A stretch of 23,716 nt of DNA from assembly GCA_021325135.1 (NCBI GenBank), contig JAJPHT010000002.1, positions 1 through 23,716 on the forward strand, in the 5' to 3' direction. Each line of letters begins with the position of its first letter. Position 1 is the first letter of the stretch. Below the pieces are notes generated by a model, which saw nothing but the letters and a program-made list of their open reading frames with translations, was not told the origin of the DNA and ran no database searches. This document shows, in pieces, positions 8,237 through 15,825 of this stretch. The DNA is from Pseudomonadota bacterium. Lineage in GTDB: Archaea; Thermoplasmatota; SW-10-69-26; JACQPN01; JAJPHT01. Both the position numbers and the translations under genes were made by a program.

Positions 8237-8383
8237 CTACGCGCGCAGCAGGGCGCTGAGGGCGCGGCGCAGCCGCCCGCGCGGCCGGGGCTCGGGCGCG
8301 AGGACCACGCCCTCGGCGCGGAGGAACCAGGCGGTCTCGCGGTCAAGGGGCTCGTCGCGGAGGAACGGGGCGGCAGGAAGCAT
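8237..8383 (-). CDS. Possible small protein (48 aa)
   Basis: ATG 8383, GC3-rich codons (MLPAAPFLRDEPLDRETAWFLRAEGVVL...); fills the gap and is divergent from the HTH-10 gene. Confidence 0.45.
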   Translation of the reverse strand: MLPAAPFLRDEPLDRETAWFLRAEGVVLAPEPRPRGRLRRALSALLRA

Positions 8384-8484
8384 GGGTCCCTGTTGGCGCG
8401 CCGGGGTGCTCCGGCTTGCGCCGCCGCTCAGGGCCGGCGCACGCCGGGCCAAGGTACATCCACGCCGCCGGCCGATGAAGCGGC

Positions 8485-9210
8485 ATGCCCGCCGAGTCGG
8501 TCCACTTCCGCGTGCGGCCCCAGACGCCCCTCTCCGCGTTCACCGCCAGCCGGCCGGGCCTCTCGCTGACCGTGTGGTGCAACTGGGAGTTCGACGTCTA
8601 CGAGCTCTCCGGCGGCACGGCCGAGGACGCGGCGGCCCTCGTCGCCGCGATGCAGATGCCGCCCGGCTCCACCGAGGTGCACGCCTTCGACGAGAACGTC
8701 CACGTCGTCGTGGGCGTCTGCGCGGACGTGCAGCACGGCTGCGCCGTCGAGAGCATCGACGAGGCCAAGTGCCTCCACGTCCCGCCCGCGCGCTTCCACG
8801 AGGGGTGGGAGGAGTTCCGCATGGTGAGCTTCAGCGAGGAGCGCACGCGCGCCGTCTTCGCGAGCCTGCGCAAGGCCGGCGCCGAGGTCCACCTCGTGGC
8901 GAAGCGTCCCCTGAATCGGCAGGCGCTCCTCTGCCACGACAGCCCCGCGGTCAACACGCTCTTCCAGGGGCTCACCGACAAGCAGGCCGAGGCCGTCGTG
9001 CTCGCGCACCGGCACGGCCTCTACGCCTCGCCGCGGCGCACCACCGCCGCCAGCATCGCCGACGCCGTCGGGCTCTCCCGCAGCACGTTCGAGGAGCACC
9101 TCCGCAAGGCGGAGAACTCGCTCCTCGGAGGGCTCGCGCCCTACCTGGAGCTTGACGCCCGCACGAGGGCGAAGCGCAAGGCCGAGGCGGCGGTGGCTCC
9201 GACGAAGTAA
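8485..9210 (+). CDS. Bacterio-opsin activator-like HTH-10 transcriptional regulator
   Basis: C-terminal LTDKQAEAVVLAHRHGLYASPRRTTAASIADAVGLSRSTFEEHLRKAE is a typical HTH_10; N-terminal ligand-binding region. Confidence 0.92.
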   Translation: MPAESVHFRVRPQTPLSAFTASRPGLSLTVWCNWEFDVYELSGGTAEDAAALVAAMQMPPGSTEVHAFDENVHVVVGVCADVQHGCAVESIDEAKCLHVPPARFHEGWEEFRMVSFSEERTRAVFASLRKAGAEVHLVAKRPLNRQALLCHDSPAVNTLFQGLTDKQAEAVVLAHRHGLYASPRRTTAASIADAVGLSRSTFEEHLRKAENSLLGGLAPYLELDARTRAKRKAEAAVAPTK

Positions 9211-9218
9211 GGACGGCT

Positions 9219-9788
9219 TCACTCGTCGGACTGCGCTGCCGACGCGTCCTTGAGGGCCCTTTCGAGAAGCTCCTCCACCCGATAGACTCCGGCGTGCGCG
9301 CGCAGGTAGCCCAAGTCCATCCGCGTGCCCTGACGCGCGAGGACGCCGACCGCGTCGTCGTAGTCGATCCCGCGCCGGAGCCTGACGTTCACCAGCTTCC
9401 GCAGGACGAGGTCCTCGGGGCTCAGGACGGGAATGTCTTCCCCCCGCAGTTGGACCGTGACGCGCCGGGAATACTCCCGATCATGGACGGGGTTGGGCGG
9501 AGTGAAGAAGACCTCCAGGGTCAGGCCTGATGGAAGGTCCGCCGCGAGCCGCTTCCCCCACTGGGGGTCCGTGCGCTCGTGGATGCCCGCGAGGCTCTCC
9601 TGCTCCAGGAGCTTCCTGACGCGTCCGCGCTCCTCGAAGGCGAGGTGAACGACGAGGTCGATGTCTCCGGACGCGCGGGGGAATCCGTGGGCGGCGACGG
9701 CGTACGCTCCAACCAGCATGAATGGAAGGCCGGCCTCGCGGAACCGGCGGGCCCAGCTTACGACTTGGTCCAGGGTGTCGGCCGCCAA
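9219..9788 (-). CDS. Nucleotidyltransferase (DUF6036/AbiEii/MenT-like), putative toxin
   Basis: FMLVGAYAVAAHGFPRASGDIDLVV (G..DxD), SPEDLVLRKL and RGIDYDD. TTG 9788 with GGAGG 8 nt upstream. Confidence 0.85.
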   Translation of the reverse strand: MAADTLDQVVSWARRFREAGLPFMLVGAYAVAAHGFPRASGDIDLVVHLAFEERGRVRKLLEQESLAGIHERTDPQWGKRLAADLPSGLTLEVFFTPPNPVHDREYSRRVTVQLRGEDIPVLSPEDLVLRKLVNVRLRRGIDYDDAVGVLARQGTRMDLGYLRAHAGVYRVEELLERALKDASAAQSDE

Positions 9789-9940
9789 AACCGAGGCCTC
9801 CGGGAGCCGCCGGCGATCGCAAGCTCGCGCGCGAGGTCCGTGAGGCCCGCGGCCAGCGCGATCCCTTCCGCAGCCGACATCGCCCGCATCTTGCGGATGA
9901 CGTGCGCGTCGATCTGCGTGTGGCGGATGGGCTCGTCCAC
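9758..9940 (-). CDS. Small helical protein upstream of the NTase, putative antitoxin
   Basis: 60 aa with RAMSAAEGIALAAGLTDLARELA. Overlaps the NTase start by 31 nt; promoter-like CGAAGGCCTTTT about 25 nt upstream (9965-9976). Confidence 0.65.
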   Translation of the reverse strand: MDEPIRHTQIDAHVIRKMRAMSAAEGIALAAGLTDLARELAIAGGSRRPRFWRPTPWTKS

Positions 9941-9991
9941 GACTGGGGGAGACCGCGTGGCGTGAAAAGGCCTTCGATGCCGGCTCGATCG

Positions 9992-10918
9992 TCAACTCCG
10001 GTAGAGGTCCCCCACGAGGTACTTCAGGCCGGTGTCCACCGCGAGGGTCACGACGGCGGCCTCGGGCGGGAGCGTCCCGGCCAGGCGGAGCGCCGCGGCG
10101 ACGTTGAGCCCCGTGCTGGTGCCCGCGAAGACGCCCTCCTCGCGGGCGAGGCGGCGGGCCGTGGCGCGGCCCTCGTGCTCGTCGATGGCCACCACGTCGT
10201 CGTAGAGCGCGGGGTCGAGAAGGGGCGGCCGCGGGACGCCCGCGGTGCCCTCCACGCCGTGCGTGCCGCCGCGCCCCTCCGAGAGCCACGGCGAGGAGGC
10301 GGGCTCGACCAGCCTCACGCGCACGCCGGGCTTCTCCTTGCGGAGCACGCGCGCGACGCCCATGGAGGAGCCCGCCGTGCCCACGATCTGCACGAAGTGG
10401 GTGACCTCGGGGCAGGCGCGCAGCACCTCGGCGGCCAGCGGCGCGTAGCCGTCAAGCTGGTGGCGGTTGTTGAACTGGTCCGTCCAGAAGGCGCCCGTCT
10501 CCTTGACGATCTCCTCGACGCGGGCGCGCATCTGCGGCACGAGGCCCGGGTGCACCTTGCCTTCGGGCGTGGCGATCACCTCCACCACCGCGCCCAGCGC
10601 GCGCGTCATGTCGATCTTCTCCCGCGCGACGGCGTCGTTGGTGACAATGGTCAGCGGGTGCCCGAGGGCGGCGCAGGCCAGGGCGAGGCTCGCGCCGGTG
10701 CTGCCGCCGGTCAGCTCCACCACCTGGCCGCCCGGCTTGAGGCGCCCCTCGCGGCGCGCGCCCTCGACCATGGCGAGGGCCATGCGGTCCTTCATGCTGC
10801 CCGTGGGGTTCGCGCCTTCGAGCTTGACGAGGACGCGGGCGCCGCCCTGGGGGCGGAGCCTGGCAAGCTCCACGAGGGGCGTGGAGCCGATGGCGGAGAG
10901 GATGCTGGAGGCGCGCAC
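9992..10918 (-). CDS. PLP-dependent cysteine synthase family protein
   Basis: IGSTPLV, KLEGANPTGSMKDRMA (PLP Lys), DQFNN, GTAGS, EEGVFAGTSTG and DTGLKYL. Confidence 0.93.
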   Translation of the reverse strand: MRASSILSAIGSTPLVELARLRPQGGARVLVKLEGANPTGSMKDRMALAMVEGARREGRLKPGGQVVELTGGSTGASLALACAALGHPLTIVTNDAVAREKIDMTRALGAVVEVIATPEGKVHPGLVPQMRARVEEIVKETGAFWTDQFNNRHQLDGYAPLAAEVLRACPEVTHFVQIVGTAGSSMGVARVLRKEKPGVRVRLVEPASSPWLSEGRGGTHGVEGTAGVPRPPLLDPALYDDVVAIDEHEGRATARRLAREEGVFAGTSTGLNVAAALRLAGTLPPEAAVVTLAVDTGLKYLVGDLYRS

Positions 10919-10979
10919 GTCCCGGGGGACGCGCTCCAGGAGAAAGAGCCTTCGGGCCGCGGCGGCGACGGAGGTCCGC

Positions 10980-12089
10980 TCACGGCAGGAGCGCGGGGCC
11001 GCTCACCGCGCCGCAGAGCGTCCCGCCGTCGTAGGGGCGGCAGCCGCTGGCGTTGCCCGTGGCGCTCACGCCGTCCGCGCTGGCGACCGCGTCGCCCGTG
11101 CCGCTCACCGCGATCGTCGAGCGGCCCTGGTCGTCCGCGCTCGCCTGCGTGGAGGGCCAGCAGTGCTCGACGCCGTTGGCGAGGAGCGCGCACGTCTTGG
11201 CGTCGGAGGTCGTGACGGCGATCGCGTCGCCTCCGAGGTAGTCCGCGGCGGAGCCGTCGCTCTTGTCGCCCCAGCATCGCACGTCGCCGGAGGCCAGCGT
11301 CGCGCAGGTGTGCCGGGCCGCCGTGCTCACGCGCGTGGCGCCCACGCCGAGGTGATCCGCGGCCTGGCCCGCTGCGTTATCACCGAGGCAGCGGACGTCG
11401 CCGCCCGAGGTGACGACGCAGAGGAACGCCGCGGCGAAGCTGGAGCTGGCGCCCACGGAGAGATCGACCGCGTCGTGCCCCGAGTAGCCCAGCGTCGGGT
11501 CCGCGCCCCAGCACGCCACGTCGCGGCTCGCCAGGAGGGCGCACGCCTCGAACGTGCCGACGCTCACGCGCGTCGCGTCGCCGCCGGAGTACCCCTCCGA
11601 CTCGCCCCAGCTGTCGTCGCCCCAGCAGCGGACGTTCCCGGAGCGCAGCGTCGCGCACGCGCCGTAGCGGCCGGCGCTGGCCTGGACCGCGTCGCCGCCC
11701 AGGTAGTCGGCCGCGTCGCCCGCGTTGCCATAGTTGTACGAGCCCCAGCAGTGCAGGTTCCCGCTGGCGAGGACGACGCAGGCGTGCCCGTTGCGCTGCG
11801 CGACGCCCACGGCGTCGCCGCCCAGGTAGGTGTCGTCGGGAGAGTAGCCGGAGGGGCCGCCGCAGTGCGCGGTGCCGTTGGGGAAGAGCGCGCAGGCGCC
11901 GTCGATCTGCGTGGCGCCCCACCAGCGGCCCGTGGCGTGCCCGGTCGCGCTCACGGCGACGCCGGAGCACTCGGCGTTCGAGGTCGCCTCGACGCAGAAG
12001 AGGTCGTTCCCCGTGGGATCGTCGACGCCCGCGGAGAGGGGGACGAGCGTGAGGGCGAGGAGGATCGTGAGGGGGACGAGCGGTCGCAT
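10980..12089 (-). CDS. Secreted RCC1/BLIP-II-like 7-bladed beta-propeller protein
   Basis: Signal peptide MRPLVPLTILLALTLVPLSAG; seven repeats of Y-x-GGDA...C-x-x-L-x-SG-x-V-x-CWG. Confidence 0.85.
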   Translation of the reverse strand: MRPLVPLTILLALTLVPLSAGVDDPTGNDLFCVEATSNAECSGVAVSATGHATGRWWGATQIDGACALFPNGTAHCGGPSGYSPDDTYLGGDAVGVAQRNGHACVVLASGNLHCWGSYNYGNAGDAADYLGGDAVQASAGRYGACATLRSGNVRCWGDDSWGESEGYSGGDATRVSVGTFEACALLASRDVACWGADPTLGYSGHDAVDLSVGASSSFAAAFLCVVTSGGDVRCLGDNAAGQAADHLGVGATRVSTAARHTCATLASGDVRCWGDKSDGSAADYLGGDAIAVTTSDAKTCALLANGVEHCWPSTQASADDQGRSTIAVSGTGDAVASADGVSATGNASGCRPYDGGTLCGAVSGPALLP

Positions 12090-12158
12090 GGGCCAGCCTC
12101 GCGTGCGGGAGACGGCCTCCTCGTCAAAAGGGATGCCATGAAGGCCTATGCGATCGGC

Positions 12159-12335
12159 TCAGGCGTGGAGGAAGCTCAGCAGGGCGTACACCAGGAACGC
12201 GGGCCACACGAGGGCCTTGAGGAACCCCACGACGCCCCACCAGAACCCGCTGGCCGCCTGGATGTAGTAGACCGCGGCGCCCAGGAACCCCAGGAAGTAC
12301 GCCGCGCCGCCGCCGGCTGCGCCTCTTGCGCCCAT
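12159..12335 (-). CDS. Small membrane protein (58 aa)
   Basis: MGARG...YFLGFLGAAVYYIQAASGFWWGVVGFLKALVWPAFLVY; TTCAAG TATA-like element about 26 nt upstream. Confidence 0.75.
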   Translation of the reverse strand: MGARGAAGGGAAYFLGFLGAAVYYIQAASGFWWGVVGFLKALVWPAFLVYALLSFLHA

Positions 12336-12382
12336 CGCAGAGGGGACGCCTTCCCCGTGCTTGAAGGGGGAGGGGCCGCCTC

Positions 12383-12865
12383 CTAGGCGTCCGGGATCTC
12401 GGGCTCGACGAGGGCCATGAGCTGGTCGAGGGACTCCTGCCAGCCCATGGTGGCGAACTCCGTGGGGATCTGCGCGGGCACGCCCTCCTGCACGATGGTG
12501 ACCTCGGTGCCGGCGAGCACCTTGCGCAGGTCGATGGTCGTCGTCATCTCGCCTGGCATGCCGGGGCTGTCGAAGCGGTTGGTGTAGCGGATGCGCGTGT
12601 GGGGCGTCAGCTCCAGGTAGCGGCCGCCGAAGGAGCTCGACGACCCCGTGCCGAAGTTCGTGAACGCCATCTTGTAGCCGCCCCCGACGCGCGCGTCCAA
12701 GGAGGTCACCTTGCCGGTGAACCCCTTGGGCGGAAGCCACTTGGCCATCGCCTCGGGGTCGAGGAACGCCTTGTAGACGCGCTCGGGCGGCGCGCGGATG
12801 ATGCGGTGCAGGCGCACCGTTCCGGTCTTCGGCGGGGCTTCCGGGGTCTGGGGCTTCGTCGTCAT
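12383..12865 (-). CDS. SRPBCC/AHSA1 (START-like) family protein
   Basis: VRLHRIIRAPPERVYKAFLDP..AKWLPP, LDARVGG, GRYLEL and GWQESLDQL. Confidence 0.93.
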   Translation of the reverse strand: MTTKPQTPEAPPKTGTVRLHRIIRAPPERVYKAFLDPEAMAKWLPPKGFTGKVTSLDARVGGGYKMAFTNFGTGSSSSFGGRYLELTPHTRIRYTNRFDSPGMPGEMTTTIDLRKVLAGTEVTIVQEGVPAQIPTEFATMGWQESLDQLMALVEPEIPDA

Positions 12866-12869
12866 CGGA

Positions 12870-13241
12870 TCACTTCCTCTTGCGATGCTTCGGGAGCGGC
12901 GCCGTGGCGCGCGCCTCCACGTCGTCCAGGACGTCCTCCCAGAAGACGCGGTAGCGCACGAGCCACGAGAACGCCGCCGAGAGCGGCCGCGCGTCGAGCG
13001 CGCACCTGCGCACGCGCCCCTCGGGCGTCTGCACGAGGAGGCCCGCGTCCTCCAGCACGCGAAGGTGCTGCGAGATCGCGGGCAGGCTCACGTCGTGCGG
13101 CTCCGCCAGCTCGCCCACCGTGCACTCGCCCGCCGCCAGCCGCTCGACGATGGCGAGGCGGATGGGGTGCGCGAGCGCGCCGAAGACCGAGGGGAGGTCG
13201 GCCGGTGGACGCTTAAGCATCTGGCTAAGAATCGCCCCCAT
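12870..13241 (-). CDS. ArsR/SmtB family transcriptional regulator
   Basis: VFGALAHPIRLAIVERL...TVGELAEPHDVSLPAISQHLRVLEDAGL...GRVRRC. Start may be ATG 13220. Confidence 0.93.
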   Translation of the reverse strand: MGAILSQMLKRPPADLPSVFGALAHPIRLAIVERLAAGECTVGELAEPHDVSLPAISQHLRVLEDAGLLVQTPEGRVRRCALDARPLSAAFSWLVRYRVFWEDVLDDVEARATAPLPKHRKRK

Positions 13242-13262
13242 GATGCTTAAGGATTTGCTTAA
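13213..13262. promoter_or_regulatory. Two imperfect palindromes TTAAGC-N4-GCTTAA, probable ArsR operators
   Basis: TTAAGCATCTGGCTAA (13213-13228) and TTAAGGATTTGCTTAA (13247-13262), AT-rich, between the divergent arsR and methyltransferase genes. Confidence 0.7.
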
Positions 13263-13306
13263 CCATGGCCTCAGAAGCTAAGCTCCGCCCCGGCGCTGGG
13301 GCGGCC

Positions 13307-14128
13307 ATGACGAAGACGGCCCCCGACCTGAGGCCCGAAGGGTGGGACTCCGCGTCCGCTTCCTACGAGCGCGTGATCGCCCCCAACACCGCGCGCTACG
13401 CGGAGGACCTGCTGCGCGCGGCGGGCGTGCGCGCCGGGGAGCGCGTGCTCGACGTCGCGACCGGCACGGGCGCCTTCGCCCTCCTCGCCGCGCGCCGGGG
13501 CGCCAAGGTCCTCGCGACGGACTTCGCGCCGGAGATGGTCCGCCGCCTGGAGGCGCGCGCGGCGCGCGACGGGATCGCGGGCATCGAGACGCGCGTCATG
13601 GACGGCCAGCGCCTAGACCTCCCCGACGCGTCGTTCGACGCGGCCGCCTCGGTCTTCGGGCTGATCTTCTTCCCCGACCGCGGCGCGGGCCTGCGCGAGA
13701 TGCGCCGCGTCCTGGCGCCCGGCGGGCGCGCGGGGATCGTCGCGTGGAGCGCGCCGGCCCGCGTGCGCGTCGTGAGCGCCGTGAGCGACGCGGTGCGCGC
13801 GGCGCTGCCCGAGCTTCCTTCGCCCGCCTCCACGCCGCCGGTGTTCAGCATGGCGGACGCCAAGCGCGCCGAGGCCGAGATGCTGGAGGCGGGGTTCCGG
13901 GACGTGCGCTCGACCACGCTGGACCACGCGTGGGAGTTCCCCACGGCGGAGAGCGTGTGGACCGACCTCGCGCCCGCCTCGCCCGTCTTCGCGGCGATGC
14001 TCGCGACCCTGCCGGAGGAGAAGCTCGGCCGCGTCCACCGCGCGCTCGTGGAGAGCCTCCGCGCCGAGTTCGGCGCGGGGCCCGTGAGGCTCTCCGGCGA
14101 GGCGCACGTCGTCGTGGGGACGCGATAG
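13307..14128 (+). CDS. Class I SAM-dependent methyltransferase (UbiE-like)
   Basis: VLDVATGTG, TDFAPEMV, MDGQRLDLPDASFDA and EMRRVLAPGG. Start ATG 13307 (alternative 13265). Confidence 0.92.
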   Translation: MTKTAPDLRPEGWDSASASYERVIAPNTARYAEDLLRAAGVRAGERVLDVATGTGAFALLAARRGAKVLATDFAPEMVRRLEARAARDGIAGIETRVMDGQRLDLPDASFDAAASVFGLIFFPDRGAGLREMRRVLAPGGRAGIVAWSAPARVRVVSAVSDAVRAALPELPSPASTPPVFSMADAKRAEAEMLEAGFRDVRSTTLDHAWEFPTAESVWTDLAPASPVFAAMLATLPEEKLGRVHRALVESLRAEFGAGPVRLSGEAHVVVGTR

Positions 14129-14131
14129 CCT

Positions 14132-14986
14132 TCACTCCACGCCCAGCGCGGCGGCGATGGCGCCCGACTCCTCGGGGAGCAGCGGCGTCCGGCTCGCGGC
14201 GAGGTCCTCCCCCATGTGGGCACGGGACGCGGTGCCCGTGAGGACGACGACGCCCTGCTCGCGCCAGAAGCGGAGGACCACCGACGCGGGCGGGACGCCC
14301 AGGCGCGACGCGGCGGCGCGCACGGCCGGGTGCGCGAGCAGCCCGGGCGCGGCCGTGAGGAGCGAGAACCCCTGGTAGGCGAGGCCGCGCTCGCGGCAGA
14401 AGCGCCGCGTCTGCGCGTCCGCCTGCGGGTGGACGAGCGTGCGGTTCTGCACCACGGCGGGCTTGACCCTCGCGCCCTCGTGGAGCGCGCGCAGCTGCTC
14501 GGACGTGACGTTGGAGACGCCCAGGAGCCGCGCGCGGCCCGCCCGCTGCAGGTCCTCCATGGCGCGCCACGCCTCCCAGTCCGCCTCCGCGAGCCCGCGC
14601 GCGACGGAGGGGCCGTGGAGGACGAACGAGTCCAGCGCGTCGACGCCCAGGTGCTCCAGCGACGAGGCGAAGGACTGCTCGACCTGCCTCGCGACGGGCG
14701 CCTCCGGGTCGTAGGGGAGCCGGTGGTCCTGCCCGCGCAGGAACGTGAACTTGGTCTGGACGAAGACCTCGTCGCGACGCAGCGCGCCGCCGGCTAGCGC
14801 GGAGCGCAGCGCGGCGCCGACACCCGCCTCGTGGTAGTGCCGCCGCTGGTTCGCCGTGTCGAGGCCGCGGAACCCGGCCGCAAGCGCCTCGCGCACCAGC
14901 GCCTCGGTGCGCTCCTCCTTCCACGCCGTGCCGTAGATCATGCCGGGCACGCGGACGCCCTGGACCGAGACGCCGTCCGTCTCCAC
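14132..14986 (-). CDS. Aldo/keto reductase
   Basis: IYGTAWKE, GFRGLDTANQRRHY, VFVQTKF, SLEHLG..DSFVLHGP and LLGVSNV. GTG 14986 about 25 nt below CTCTTTG. Confidence 0.92.
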   Translation of the reverse strand: METDGVSVQGVRVPGMIYGTAWKEERTEALVREALAAGFRGLDTANQRRHYHEAGVGAALRSALAGGALRRDEVFVQTKFTFLRGQDHRLPYDPEAPVARQVEQSFASSLEHLGVDALDSFVLHGPSVARGLAEADWEAWRAMEDLQRAGRARLLGVSNVTSEQLRALHEGARVKPAVVQNRTLVHPQADAQTRRFCRERGLAYQGFSLLTAAPGLLAHPAVRAAASRLGVPPASVVLRFWREQGVVVLTGTASRAHMGEDLAASRTPLLPEESGAIAAALGVE

Positions 14987-15032
14987 GGAGCCGGGAGGCG
15001 GGGCGCGATGCAAAGAGCGATCGGCGCGGGGC

Positions 15033-15452
15033 TCAGGAGCCGGCGGCCTCGAACTCGCGCTCCTCCCACATGTCGTAGGCCATCCCAATGGCGGCGGCCT
15101 CCGCGAGCACGCCCACGGCGAAGAAGACGTGGGCCACCAGGAGAGTGCCCCACACCGTGACGCCCGCGACGAGGACGCGGCCGGCGCCCACGTCGAAGAA
15201 GAGGAGCAGCCCCAGCGCGGCCGCGGCGGCTGCAAGCTGGATCGTCGATCGAGCGGTGCGCTTCACGCGGCCGGGCGCGCTGGTCGCCGCGATCTGGCGG
15301 CTGTTCGCGACGGCGAGCCCGACGAGGACGACGCCCAGCGCGAGGTGGAGGAGGCGCAGCCACATGGGCGCCCCGCGGAACGCGCCCAGGAGGAACTCGG
15401 CCACGACGAGCCACGTCATCCAGTAGAGCATCTTCCAGGGGGAGGAGGGCAC
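15033..15452 (-). CDS. 4-TM membrane protein
   Basis: Four hydrophobic segments, two with His (LLHLALG, VAHVFF), ending AYDMWEEREF. Start GTG 15452 or ATG 15479. Confidence 0.8.
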   Translation of the reverse strand: MPSSPWKMLYWMTWLVVAEFLLGAFRGAPMWLRLLHLALGVVLVGLAVANSRQIAATSAPGRVKRTARSTIQLAAAAAALGLLLFFDVGAGRVLVAGVTVWGTLLVAHVFFAVGVLAEAAAIGMAYDMWEEREFEAAGS

Positions 15453-15825
15453 GGCGACCCGACCCGCGCTGGCGTGCATGAACGCGTCGCTCGGCGCGCG
15501 CCACCCCTCACAGAGGCACGTGCGCCCAGTCTTGGGCGTAGACCGCGTCGCCCACCAGTTGCGGGCAGGGGCCATCGACCTCGCCCACGACGCCTCACCG
15601 AGGATCGACCCTGCGAGGGCATCGAACCCGTCGGTGGGGGCCTCGGTTCCTGTTCTAACGCGAGCCTTACGGATTGCACCGCCCTCATCCGCTCGTGCGG
15701 GCCCCCCCTCTCGTGTGATCAGACGACGGGTATTCCTCAGGAGGAACGAAATTCACAACACATCTCAACTCCTCCGACAGAAACTCTGAATCGTTTGCCG
15801 GTGTTCGCTGGCCGGGATCTAAGAA

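Noticed and set aside
15478-15789. 103-aa plus-strand ORF upstream of the CHAT gene as a first operon gene
   Set aside because: Poor codon bias, no recognisable motif or SD, and it overlaps the probable promoter of the divergent membrane-protein gene.
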